A stretch of 55,249 nucleotides of DNA from a virus. Taxonomy: Duplodnaviria > Caudoviricetes. Shown here in pieces: positions 7,982-16,451 of this stretch (the stretch's first letter is position 1; every line of letters starts with the position of its first letter). Location of the stretch: the IMG/VR virus record IMGVR_UViG_3300032296_001930, positions 1 through 55,249 of that record; one strand, given 5' to 3'. A program made the translations under genes and the position numbers. Below the pieces are notes generated by a model. It had not been told where the DNA came from, searched no databases, and was given only the letters and a program-made list of their open reading frames with translations.

Positions 7982-8619
7982 ATCACCCTCCGCATCGAAA
8001 CGGCTCCAGAGGCCGGATTTTCGTCTTCCCACCGGCGCTGGTTGATGTAGGTCATCGGGGCAGGCTCGAAACCCGATGTCCACTGCTCCGAGGTCTTCAT
8101 CGACGCAACATGGGCGATGATCTGGTCGGCCACCTTGTCGAGGTGGTGACGCTGCCACTTCGCAGCCACCGCAGCCTTGCCGACCTTGCGCTTGCTGCTG
8201 GGCCACACCGACCAGAAGTCCTCAAACCGCGACGCCGACGATATGGTTTTTTCTTTTTCTTCTTCTGTTAGGGTTTCAGTTCGGTTTTGATTCGGTTCCG
8301 ATTCGGTTTTCTTCGGCCTGCCGCCTCGCTTTCCGAGGGCCGTGTTAGTTGCCACCTGATGCTGATATTTCGTGATTTCGATATCACAACGATGGTTCCG
8401 ATACCCCTCTTCGGTGCGCTCGAAGAATTCCCCCAAAACCGATTCGGTTATGTCCAGATCGAGTCGAATCTTGCGTGAAACCGATTCGGTATCGAGTGGG
8501 ATTGGGCGCTCGCTCATGTAGTACAGATCGAGCAGCCTGCGGTAGGCCAGATCCTCAGCGTCACTGAGGTGCATGGTGTGGGTGATGTAGTCACCGAGAT
8601 GGAACTTGTACCAGATCAT
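7978..8619 (-). CDS. DUF1376/YdaU-family replication initiator protein
   Basis: WYKFHLGDY..T.HLS..E...Y..LLD.YY..E.P N-terminus; C-terminal FEDFW..WP..K..K...YINQRRWED. Confidence 0.85.
   Translation of the reverse strand: MIWYKFHLGDYITHTMHLSDAEDLAYRRLLDLYYMSERPIPLDTESVSRKIRLDLDITESVLGEFFERTEEGYRNHRCDIEITKYQHQVATNTALGKRGGRPKKTESEPNQNRTETLTEEEKEKTISSASRFEDFWSVWPSSKRKVGKAAVAAKWQRHHLDKVADQIIAHVASMKTSEQWTSGFEPAPMTYINQRRWEDENPASGAVSMRRVI
8243..8491. repeat. Putative replication origin: AT-rich tract, 11-bp tandem repeats and AACCGAWTCGGTT palindromes
   Basis: GTTTCAGTTCG/GTTTTGATTCG/GTTCCGATTCG at 8273-8305; AACCGATTCGGTT at 8437-8449 and near copy 8479-8491; lies inside initiator gene like lambda ori in O. 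Confidence 0.6.
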
Positions 8620-8825
8620 TTGAGCGCTCCGAAGATGTCGGGCCTCAACTCTTCACGGGTGACGAGTCCATTGGTCAACTGGTGGATCAGCACAGCCAAC
8701 TCTGGGCTGGGCACTTGGTGGCCATTCGTGATCAGGGTCATCCATGTCTTGGAGATCCCCAACTTCTTGGCCAACTCCAACTGCGCCCCGCGGGGTTTGT
8801 TGGAGAAGTATTCCTGAAGTGTCAT
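8616..8825 (-). CDS. Cro/YdaS-like HTH transcriptional regulator
   Basis: LAKKLGISKTWMTLI.NG...PS......I...T.G.VTREELRPDIF pattern; AAGGAG SD. Confidence 0.85.
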   Translation of the reverse strand: MTLQEYFSNKPRGAQLELAKKLGISKTWMTLITNGHQVPSPELAVLIHQLTNGLVTREELRPDIFGALK

Positions 8826-8854
8826 CGTTGCTCCTTTCGCTGTCAGGTAATGGC

Positions 8855-8917
8855 ATCTTACACCAAAAAACTTTTTGCACAACCCCCGTTGTACTTCGGG
8901 GTTATACCTGCTAAAGT
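8855..8917. promoter_or_regulatory. Divergent promoter region
   Basis: Rightward TTGTAC-N17-TAAAGT with TGn extension; leftward TTGTGC-N16-TAAGAT; between head-to-head genes. Confidence 0.55.
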
Positions 8918-8949
8918 CGAGGGCACCTCAACAGCGAAAGGAGTGAATC

Positions 8950-9105
8950 ATGCGTGAAGACGAGATGCATCAACTGATGCTGGAGAGGCAAGAGCGCCTT
9001 GAGGAAGCCCTTCACCGGGCCGAGTCAGGCAAGGCAACCCCCGACGACTGGTCGGTGATCCGCTACGAGTGCGGCGTCCCCCAGAAGTCCAACAGGAGCG
9101 AATGA
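8950..9105 (+). CDS. 51-aa hypothetical protein (MREDEMHQLMLERQ...)
   Basis: AAGGAG SD; stop overlaps next ATG; translated by hand (below track cutoff). Confidence 0.7.
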   Translation: MREDEMHQLMLERQERLEEALHRAESGKATPDDWSVIRYECGVPQKSNRSE

Positions 9106-9782
9106 TGAGTTTGGTAGCGAAAGACAGCGGCGGCGAGGGCAGTTTTACCCCTGTGCCACCCGGTATGCATTTGGCGCGGTGCTACCGCGTGGTGGATCTG
9201 GGCACGCAAAAAACCGAGTGGCAGGGACAGATCAAGTACTTGCAAAAGGTCATGGTGCAGTTCGAGGTTCATGGAGAAGACGACAACGGCAAGTCGCTGG
9301 TCACCAGCAAGGGTGAGCCGATGTCCATCTCGAAGAACTACACCCTGAGTCTGGCGGAGAAGGCAACGCTTCGCAAAGACCTTCAGGCATGGCGCGGCCG
9401 TGACTTCACGCCCGATGAACTGCGCGGTTTCGAGTTGAAGAACATCCTCGACAAGTGGGCCATGCTCTCTGTGGCCAAGTCTCTGGGCAACAACGGCAAG
9501 GAGTACACCAACATCATGTCGGTGAACCCGGTGCCTGCGGCCATCAAGAAGGCCGGTCTTCCACAAGGGTTCAACACCCCGGCGATCTTCTCGATTGCTG
9601 ATGCAGACATGGAACTTTTTGAGACCTTCGGCAAGGGCCTGAAGGAGAAGATCCAGTCGAGTCCCGAATGGCAGGAGCGCGAAGGCCGTGAGTACGCACG
9701 CGGCGAGCAGATCTCCGGCCGGGAGCGCGAGGCCCGCACCGGGACGGGTTTCGACGACATGGACGACGATATACCTTTTTAG
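9102..9782 (+). CDS. Phage single-stranded DNA-binding protein
   Basis: Acidic C-terminal tail DDMDDDIPF; F..VP.G.H.ARC..VVDLGTQ N-terminus; located in recombination module. Confidence 0.75.
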   Translation: MMSLVAKDSGGEGSFTPVPPGMHLARCYRVVDLGTQKTEWQGQIKYLQKVMVQFEVHGEDDNGKSLVTSKGEPMSISKNYTLSLAEKATLRKDLQAWRGRDFTPDELRGFELKNILDKWAMLSVAKSLGNNGKEYTNIMSVNPVPAAIKKAGLPQGFNTPAIFSIADADMELFETFGKGLKEKIQSSPEWQEREGREYARGEQISGREREARTGTGFDDMDDDIPF

Positions 9783-9822
9783 TAGGGTATATTAGAGGCA
9801 TACCGTTTCAAAAGAGATCACC

Positions 9823-10296
9823 ATGAAGGTATGCCGAGAGTGCAGTAAAGAGAAGCCCCTCTCTGAGTTTTACAAGCAGGCCAAGATGGCGGACGGACAC
9901 TTGAACAAGTGCATTGAATGCGTCAAGGCGAGGGTTGCAAAACACAGGGAGGACAACATTGAGAGGGTGCAGGAGTACGACAGAAAGAGAAGCCTACTCC
10001 CGCATCGCGTAGATGCAAGAAAGGAGTACCAACGAACCGATGAAGGCAAGGCCGCAAAAAAACGAGCCATGGAGACATACAAAAAACGGTATCCGTTGAA
10101 GTACGCATCTCATGTGATCGTGAGCAATGCCGTCAGAGATGGAAAACTCACACCAGCAGAGGAATGCTCGGTGTGCCACTCGACAACATCGATAGAAGGA
10201 CACCATGACGACTACACAAAACCATTTGAAGTGCGGTGGCTGTGCAAAAAATGTCACACCAAATGGCACAGACACAACCAACCAATTTACGAATAG
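9823..10296 (+). CDS. Zn-finger/HNH-like endonuclease
   Basis: CxxC..K.L.EFY...CxxC and CSVC...EGHHDDY..P..V.WLCKKCH; more AT-rich than neighbours. Confidence 0.7.
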   Translation: MKVCRECSKEKPLSEFYKQAKMADGHLNKCIECVKARVAKHREDNIERVQEYDRKRSLLPHRVDARKEYQRTDEGKAAKKRAMETYKKRYPLKYASHVIVSNAVRDGKLTPAEECSVCHSTTSIEGHHDDYTKPFEVRWLCKKCHTKWHRHNQPIYE

Positions 10297-10321
10297 TCTG
10301 TAGATCAAAAACGAGGCAACT

Positions 10322-10864
10322 ATGACCAACACAGTCACTCTGGAGAAAATCGAATCGAAGATTCGCAGTGAGTCGTACATCGTTTTGCCCGACGGGCGAA
10401 CCACGATCTGCCAGATCACACTGATCAACAACTTCACGGTCAACGGCCACTCGGCCTGTGTCGATCAGAAGAACTTCGACTTCGAGATCGGCCGCAAGAT
10501 CGCACGAGAGGACGCCATTCGGCAGATCTGGCCGTTGGAGGGATACCTGCTGTCGCAGCGCATCTTCGAAAACACCGCCAAGTTCATGCTGTCTGCCGAA
10601 GATGTGAAAGCGATGAAAGAGGCCGGGATCTGGGAAGACCTCGACAAGCGCTACTGCATCATCAACCGCATGATCGCAGAGCGCCAGCGTGGTCTCAACA
10701 TGATCAAGATCGAAGAGCCGCAGGAGAAAGCCGAACCCGAGGCTCCTCCTGCCGTCAAGGCCGCGCCGAAGAGCAAGAAGAAGGATCCGACAGCCCCCTA
10801 CGGCTACAAGAAGGATGGCACACCCAAGAAGCGCCCGGGCCGGGCACCAAAGGAGCAGGCATGA
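10322..10864 (+). CDS. N4 Gp49/Sf6 gp66-family (Acb4-like sponge) domain plus basic AT-hook-like C-terminal tail
   Basis: TTICQITL.N.F.V.G.SACVD..NFD.EIG.KIA...A...IWPLEGYLL; tail KKRPGRAPK. Confidence 0.75.
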   Translation: MTNTVTLEKIESKIRSESYIVLPDGRTTICQITLINNFTVNGHSACVDQKNFDFEIGRKIAREDAIRQIWPLEGYLLSQRIFENTAKFMLSAEDVKAMKEAGIWEDLDKRYCIINRMIAERQRGLNMIKIEEPQEKAEPEAPPAVKAAPKSKKKDPTAPYGYKKDGTPKKRPGRAPKEQA

Positions 10865-11373
10865 AGCGCTACATCGGAGTCAAGGAGATCAACGCCACGC
10901 CCATGACGCGGCTGGCGTACAACCATCTGCGCGGCTGGCAGGTTCCCGCTGACGAGAACCCCGACGACGAGGGCTATCTGGTCGAGTATCTCGATGGCGG
11001 ACAGGCCAACCACTCTCAGTTCAAGGGATACATCTCTTGGTCGCCGAGGGATGTGTTTGACCGGGCCTACCGTCCAGCAGAAGGCATGACCTTTGGCCTC
11101 GCGCTGGAGGCCCTGAAGAAGGGCCACAGGGTGGCCCGCAAGGGCTGGAACGGCAAGGGGATGTGGCTGTCTCTGTCCGGGGATGCAAACCTGACCCGGT
11201 ATGTGGAAGAGGACAAGTTCTGGTCGAAGAACAACAGTGACTTCGCGCTCGCTCAAGGCGGGGCTGCTCGCGTGCTTCCGTGCATCACCATGAAGACCGC
11301 AGACAACGCGATCTTGATGGGATGGCTGGCATCGCAGACCGATATGCTGTCCGAAGACTGGGAGGTCGTATGA
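10861..11373 (+). CDS. tad2: Tad2/DUF2829 anti-defence sponge protein with an extra N-terminal domain
   Basis: MTFGLALEALKKG.RVARKGWNGKGMW...WLASQTDMLSEDW is the DUF2829 signature. Confidence 0.85.
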   Translation: MKRYIGVKEINATPMTRLAYNHLRGWQVPADENPDDEGYLVEYLDGGQANHSQFKGYISWSPRDVFDRAYRPAEGMTFGLALEALKKGHRVARKGWNGKGMWLSLSGDANLTRYVEEDKFWSKNNSDFALAQGGAARVLPCITMKTADNAILMGWLASQTDMLSEDWEVV

Positions 11374-11489
11374 AAGATTTGTCCCGACCAACCAAGATCG
11401 TCATCGGCGCGGTGACGATTCTTCCGATCTGGCTCGGCCTGTGGGCCGGGTCTTTTCTCGTCATGATCAAACTATGGGAGGCTCTATGA
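11370..11489 (+). CDS. Small membrane protein
   Basis: 39 aa with one hydrophobic helix; ATGA overlaps. Confidence 0.6.
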   Translation: MKDLSRPTKIVIGAVTILPIWLGLWAGSFLVMIKLWEAL

Positions 11490-11656
11490 GCGACAGTTTC
11501 TGGAGTATTGCAATCGCCGCTTGGGTCTTTCTCGCGTGGCTCACTCATGTCATCGTCTGCATCAGCACCAGCAAGTGGATCTTCCTGCTGGCTGGCGCGA
11601 TCTTCTTCCCTGTTGGGTGCGTGCATGGCACCGGCGTCTGGTTCGGGGTGTTCTGA
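11486..11656 (+). CDS. Small membrane protein (2 TM)
   Basis: 56 aa, very hydrophobic; ATGA overlap. Confidence 0.7.
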   Translation: MSDSFWSIAIAAWVFLAWLTHVIVCISTSKWIFLLAGAIFFPVGCVHGTGVWFGVF

Positions 11657-11934
11657 TGGACGACTTCGAAGAGATGCCGAAGATGGCCGGGTGGCACGAG
11701 GCCAAGGTGCGCGTTGAAACCTTTCCGAGCATGGTTCCGACCCACCGGCTGCGCTTCGTGGAGCGTAAGAGTTACATCAAGAATGGAGAGGCATTTCGCG
11801 AGCCGTTCACGATGAAGATACTCCAGCAGTGGTGGGCACCGTTTCGCACCTTCTCCGACGGCTACGGTTACCAGACTGTGGAGTTGAAGGGCGGCGAATG
11901 GCGAGATGTACAAGTCGAAGAGGAGAGCACATGA
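11656..11934 (+). CDS. Hypothetical protein (LRFVER...LQQWW...EWRDV family)
   Basis: TGATG overlap; motif common in phages. Confidence 0.7.
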   Translation: MDDFEEMPKMAGWHEAKVRVETFPSMVPTHRLRFVERKSYIKNGEAFREPFTMKILQQWWAPFRTFSDGYGYQTVELKGGEWRDVQVEEEST

Positions 11935-12689
11935 TCGCAAAAGAACCACGCGCCAGCGAATCGAACCACTGGTACACCCGTGACGGTGTGCCCATGTACA
12001 CGGTCGAAGCGGTCAAGGGTGGCCAGCGTGCCACCACGCTGCGCGACGCCCGCAAACTCAACCTCGTCCCCTCGGTAACCACGATCCTCAATGTGGCCGC
12101 CAAGCCGGGTCTCACCCAGTGGCTGCAAAAGCAGGTGCTGCTGGCCGCGCTCACGCTGCCCCGCATGAAGGATGAGCCGGAGGACGAGTTCATTGCCCGG
12201 ATCATCGACGACTCGAAGGAGCAGGGCCGCGCCGCTGCTGATGCCGGTACCGAGATCCACGCATCGATCCAAGGCTTCTACGAGGGCGGCCCGGTCACTC
12301 GGCACAGCGAGCACATCACCGGCTGCGCCAAGGCGGTCTTGGAGACCTTTGGGCTGCATGGCTGGATCGCCGAGCGGGCCTTCGGTCACGAACTGGGCTT
12401 TGGGGGCAAGGTCGATCTGCACTCACCGCAAGGCGTGGTGATCGACATCAAGACCAAGGAATTCACCGACCCCGCAAAGGTCGATGCATACGATGAGCAC
12501 CTCATGCAACTGGCAGCCTACCGGGTTGGACTGGGTATGCCCGAGGCTCGATGCGCGAATGTGTTCGTCTCGCGCAGCGTGCCCGGCCTGACCCGTGTAG
12601 TCGAGTGGTCGCAGGAGGATCTCGAACGCGGGTGGAAGATGTTCGCCGCCCTTCTCAACTTCTGGCAGTTAAAGAACCAACACCAATGA
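11931..12689 (+). CDS. PD-(D/E)XK exonuclease (Cas4/RecB-like)
   Basis: PSVTTIL, GTEIH, E...GGKVD...IDIKT, QLAAY motifs. Confidence 0.85.
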   Translation: MIAKEPRASESNHWYTRDGVPMYTVEAVKGGQRATTLRDARKLNLVPSVTTILNVAAKPGLTQWLQKQVLLAALTLPRMKDEPEDEFIARIIDDSKEQGRAAADAGTEIHASIQGFYEGGPVTRHSEHITGCAKAVLETFGLHGWIAERAFGHELGFGGKVDLHSPQGVVIDIKTKEFTDPAKVDAYDEHLMQLAAYRVGLGMPEARCANVFVSRSVPGLTRVVEWSQEDLERGWKMFAALLNFWQLKNQHQ

Positions 12690-12895
12690 AACAGATCAAG
12701 GCATTCGTCACAGAAGACGGAAAAATACACGCGACCGAAGAGGATGCGAAACGACACGAGATGGCCCTGTCCAAGCACACCGCCATCGATGACTTCCTCA
12801 ACAGCACCGCGAACCCCTACACCGCGACGCCGCAGAAGTCCATCGCTCGGCAGTCAATCATCAACTGGGAAATCTGGAAAAAAGATGCTAAGTGA
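12686..12895 (+). CDS. Hypothetical protein
   Basis: ATGA overlap; F.T.DGK motif. Confidence 0.7.
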   Translation: MKQIKAFVTEDGKIHATEEDAKRHEMALSKHTAIDDFLNSTANPYTATPQKSIARQSIINWEIWKKDAK

Positions 12896-13103
12896 AGAAC
12901 TCATCAAGCAGGTCTTCTTCCAGAGTGACCGCCCGCGAAAGGACGCGCTGATCGCCGACGAGGTGGACATCGTTCAGTTCGCGCAGAACATCGAGGCCAT
13001 CGTCCGCATTGAGGCCGCTCGTGAAGAGCATCGGCGCTGCGTGAAGATGGTCTCGGAAATGAACCGCGAAGTCGGTAGGGCACTGGACAACCAACGCCCA
13101 TAA
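12885..13103 (+). CDS. Hypothetical protein
   Basis: Last gene of plus-strand operon. Confidence 0.7.
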   Translation: MLSEELIKQVFFQSDRPRKDALIADEVDIVQFAQNIEAIVRIEAAREEHRRCVKMVSEMNREVGRALDNQRP

Positions 13104-13128
13104 AAAAACCCCCCTCCGAAGAGGGGGG
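13102..13128 (-). terminator. Rho-independent terminator of the late operon at the convergence point
   Basis: CCCCCCTC-TTCG-GAGGGGGG-T7 on the minus strand. Confidence 0.85.
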
Positions 13129-13191
13129 CGTCAAGGAGCCGTACTGGGCAACTATCAGTACGGGTGCGGAGGGGGAGACTCCCTCCGAACC

Positions 13192-14754
13192 TTATGGAGC
13201 GGCATATTCTGCGGATGGGACTGGAGGTGCAGTCTCCCCAGTTCTCTGCCGCTCTTTTTCTCTTTCGCGCAGGTAGTTGATCAGCGCAGCGCCACCGCCG
13301 ACAACCGAGGCCGGTATCGTCAGGGGCGGGAACAGCGCGGCCAGACCAGATGCGGCCGACACACCAGACAGACCTGCCTTGATGTAGTCGGGTTCGTCCT
13401 TCCGCAACTCGCTGTACACATCGGCACCCTCGCCGCCAGCACCAGCAAGAGCGAGCGGGGGCACTACATACCGACCGACCGTGGCCGCGCCAGACACCAC
13501 CGGGCGGGCCAGCGCCTTGAGTTCCTGCGTCACGACCTGCAAGCCCGATGGCTTGGGCGGAGCGGTCGGGATCGGCTGCGTCGGGGGCAGAGGACGAAGG
13601 CCACCGGCCTGCGGGGGCTGGCCCGGGGCCGCAGGTGTGGGCGGCTGGTTGACGAAGGACTGACGCGGGCCAGATCCGACGCTGGGCTGCGGGGTCATGA
13701 TGCCGCCGTAGCGCGGGTTCTCTACGAAGGTGTCACCCGGAAACCGTTGCTGAATGTTCGTGAGGGCCTGCTGGCGCTTGTTCAGCAGATCCCAGACCTC
13801 GCCCTCGGCCTTTCCGGTGCCCAGCGCACGCCCGGCCTCGATCTCCGGCAGCCCGTAGACCCGGCCGTAATTGAAGGTCGCGCTGCCCGGGCCGGTGGCC
13901 GTGGGGTAGGTGCCCGGGGCACCCAGTTGCGTGGGGCCGCCCGGCAGCCCGCCCGGGGGTTGAACCCGAACCACGCTCTGCGGGGCACCAGACGGGGCCG
14001 CAGGGGCCGCGCCGGGGCCTGCTGGGGGCATACCCCCGCCGGGCAGTCCTGCGCGTGCCTGAGCCGTGATTCGACCCGTCTCTGAGGCTTCGCCAAGGGC
14101 GGAGGCAGCGCTCAATGCACCAGACTTACCTGCGCGGTACGCAGAAACGGCCGCGCCTGCACCAGCACCGCCGATCTGCCCCATGCGGCGCTCTTGGGCC
14201 TCCATGGCTGTTTGCTCGTCGGCGCGGATGCGGGCGTCTCGCTGCTCGTCGGTTTCGCCGGGAGGGGCAGCCTCGGGCGGCGCGGCCTCGGGTGCCGCTT
14301 GGCCCTCTTGCTGGCCTTCGGTGGGTTTGGGTGCGAAGGTGCCATAGGAGTTGATCGAGCGCAGATAGTCGAACACCCGCGGATCGGGGTCTTTGCCGGA
14401 GGACATGGCTTGGATCGCGCCCGGCCCGCCGTTGTAGTAGATCGCGGTCAACTGGGGGTCGTTGCCGGTGGCCTCCAGACCCTTCTTCAGGTACTGAACA
14501 CCGGCCTCGATGTTCTGGTCGAGGTTGGCCAGTTGCTTCTCGTTGAACCCCATGCCCTTACCGGTACCGGGCATGACCTGCATCATGCCGATCTCGCCGG
14601 AAGACCCACGGGGAGGATTGGAGCGCAGGCGGCTCTCCTGAAAGGCGATGGCCACAGCCAGTGATGGATCCACGCCAGCACGCTTGGCGGCACGCGCCAC
14701 CTTCTCGGCGTTGGTGGCCTGCTCTTCGTCCAGTTTGTCGATGAAATTCAGCAT
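13192..14754 (-). CDS. Virion/ejection protein with N-terminal soluble lytic transglycosylase domain
   Basis: AIAFQES...GMMQVMP.T...NIEAGVQYL...YNGGPG SLT motifs, then Pro/Gly-rich region. Confidence 0.85.
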   Translation of the reverse strand: MLNFIDKLDEEQATNAEKVARAAKRAGVDPSLAVAIAFQESRLRSNPPRGSSGEIGMMQVMPGTGKGMGFNEKQLANLDQNIEAGVQYLKKGLEATGNDPQLTAIYYNGGPGAIQAMSSGKDPDPRVFDYLRSINSYGTFAPKPTEGQQEGQAAPEAAPPEAAPPGETDEQRDARIRADEQTAMEAQERRMGQIGGAGAGAAVSAYRAGKSGALSAASALGEASETGRITAQARAGLPGGGMPPAGPGAAPAAPSGAPQSVVRVQPPGGLPGGPTQLGAPGTYPTATGPGSATFNYGRVYGLPEIEAGRALGTGKAEGEVWDLLNKRQQALTNIQQRFPGDTFVENPRYGGIMTPQPSVGSGPRQSFVNQPPTPAAPGQPPQAGGLRPLPPTQPIPTAPPKPSGLQVVTQELKALARPVVSGAATVGRYVVPPLALAGAGGEGADVYSELRKDEPDYIKAGLSGVSAASGLAALFPPLTIPASVVGGGAALINYLREREKERQRTGETAPPVPSAEYAAP

Positions 14755-14763
14755 GGCCTCTCC

Positions 14764-16449
14764 TTACCGCTTTTCGAGTTCTTTGCGTGCGCGTTCGCGT
14801 GCGGCGTCCAGCCCGGGGTTCTGACCCGGACGAGTGGTCGCGGCAGGGCGTTGTGCAGACGGCAGCGCGGGCAAGCGCCTCTCCATCTCGGCCAGACGCT
14901 CCTCGTACTTCTTCTCCAGATCCTTGAACATATCGCTGCGCTCGAAACGCAGGAAGGACTTGCCGGGGTTTTGCTTCTCCCACGCATCCCACGCATTCGC
15001 GACATCCATGTCGAACTGCGAGCGCTCCTTGAGCAGGTTCAGGCGAGTGCGGAGAACCTCGGGGCTGTTGGACACGCCGCCGGGGATGCGCTGCACGATA
15101 CGGCGCTCACCCTCAGTGACCTGACCCTGACCCTGCAAGTAGATCCGCGTGAAGAGCAGTTCCATCTCAGCCAGATCCGCGGCCGCCTTCTGGATGTTGT
15201 CCAGATCCCTCTGCTGCACACCGGGCAACAGTTGGGTGACCGACTGCTGCAAGGCCGGGAAGTTGATCGAGCCGCTGGGCGTTTGCACACCCTGCGAAAC
15301 GAAGTTGCCGATGGCGCTCATCAGGCCCGGGCGCTGGAAGATGCCGAAGTAGTTCTGACTCTCGCCGAGGTAGTTGCCGACGCGGCCAGTGATGCCGTAG
15401 ATGCGGCGGGCGTTGCGGTCGTTCTCGGAGACGGCGGCCTCGCGCTCCGCGGCCTTCGTGCCCAACTTGGTGGCCCGTGCCTTGCGCTCTTCTTCCTCGG
15501 TCTGCTTTTCGCCCTCTGAGCGCAAAGCGCCAGTGCCCTCGCCTGTCGCGCCGGGGCGATCCGGCCCCTTGACGATGCGATCCGCCAAAGAGTAGTAGCG
15601 CGGGTCGTTGTTGGCCCGGTACATATCGAGCAGCGCGGCGGACTTGGCATCGACCTTGAAGGTCTGGCCGTTGATCTCGCGCTCCACCAGATCACCCTTC
15701 GGGAAGGCGTAGAACATCCCGGTGGCCAGATCCAGCACGCCACCCTCTTTGGTCTGGTAGCGCTTCTGCTCGATCTCTTGCGCCTCTTTCAGGATGTCCT
15801 GAGCAGACTTCTTGGGATCGAGCATGGCGGCTTGGATGTACCGCTGCGAAGAGATGATCTCGGGGTTCGGGGGTGCCACTTGCACACCCTCTATGCCAGC
15901 AAAACCCGGAGGCTTGCCGGGCAAACCACCGCCAGCAGTAGCCGGTGCAGCGCCGGGCAGCCCGCCGGGGCCAGCAGCGGCAGCCGGGCCGGTAGGGGCA
16001 GCGGGGCCTGTAGGTGCGGCAGCAGCGCCGGGGCCGGGCAGACCGCCAGAGGGCGCACCCGAGGTCGGCATCCCGGGCATACCAAGATTGCCGCCACCGA
16101 GGATGCGCTCACGCTGGCGCAGGCGCTCCAGTTCGAGGCCGGACTGCGCTACAGCCAAGCCCTGTTGGGCCTGCTGCTGTTGCTCGATGATGCTCTTCTC
16201 TTGGGCCTCACCAAGGCTGCCTGCGACACGGCCGAGCGACTCCATGAAACTGCCGGTCTTAGTCGGCGCAAGAAACCCCTGAGCGGCCGCCAGCCACATC
16301 GGATCGAAGGTGCGGTTCTTCCGCAGGTCGAGGGACTCGTTCAGTTTCCTGAGCGCATCCTGATACACCCGGTTCGCCTCAAGGGTCGCGGGATCTGTGC
16401 CGGGGACATAGGCCGCCCCGGTAGGAACTGCTGGGGTTTTTTCAGCCAT
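14764..16449 (-). CDS. Putative ejection (internal virion) protein
   Basis: 561 aa; G.VTE.ER motif; position in podovirus DNA-injection block. Confidence 0.6.
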   Translation of the reverse strand: MAEKTPAVPTGAAYVPGTDPATLEANRVYQDALRKLNESLDLRKNRTFDPMWLAAAQGFLAPTKTGSFMESLGRVAGSLGEAQEKSIIEQQQQAQQGLAVAQSGLELERLRQRERILGGGNLGMPGMPTSGAPSGGLPGPGAAAAPTGPAAPTGPAAAAGPGGLPGAAPATAGGGLPGKPPGFAGIEGVQVAPPNPEIISSQRYIQAAMLDPKKSAQDILKEAQEIEQKRYQTKEGGVLDLATGMFYAFPKGDLVEREINGQTFKVDAKSAALLDMYRANNDPRYYSLADRIVKGPDRPGATGEGTGALRSEGEKQTEEEERKARATKLGTKAAEREAAVSENDRNARRIYGITGRVGNYLGESQNYFGIFQRPGLMSAIGNFVSQGVQTPSGSINFPALQQSVTQLLPGVQQRDLDNIQKAAADLAEMELLFTRIYLQGQGQVTEGERRIVQRIPGGVSNSPEVLRTRLNLLKERSQFDMDVANAWDAWEKQNPGKSFLRFERSDMFKDLEKKYEERLAEMERRLPALPSAQRPAATTRPGQNPGLDAARERARKELEKR

Positions 16450-16451
16450 GA

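Noticed and set aside
11931-12689. Cas4 of a CRISPR-Cas system
   Set aside because: No Fe-S cysteine set, array or other cas genes; an ordinary phage recombination exonuclease
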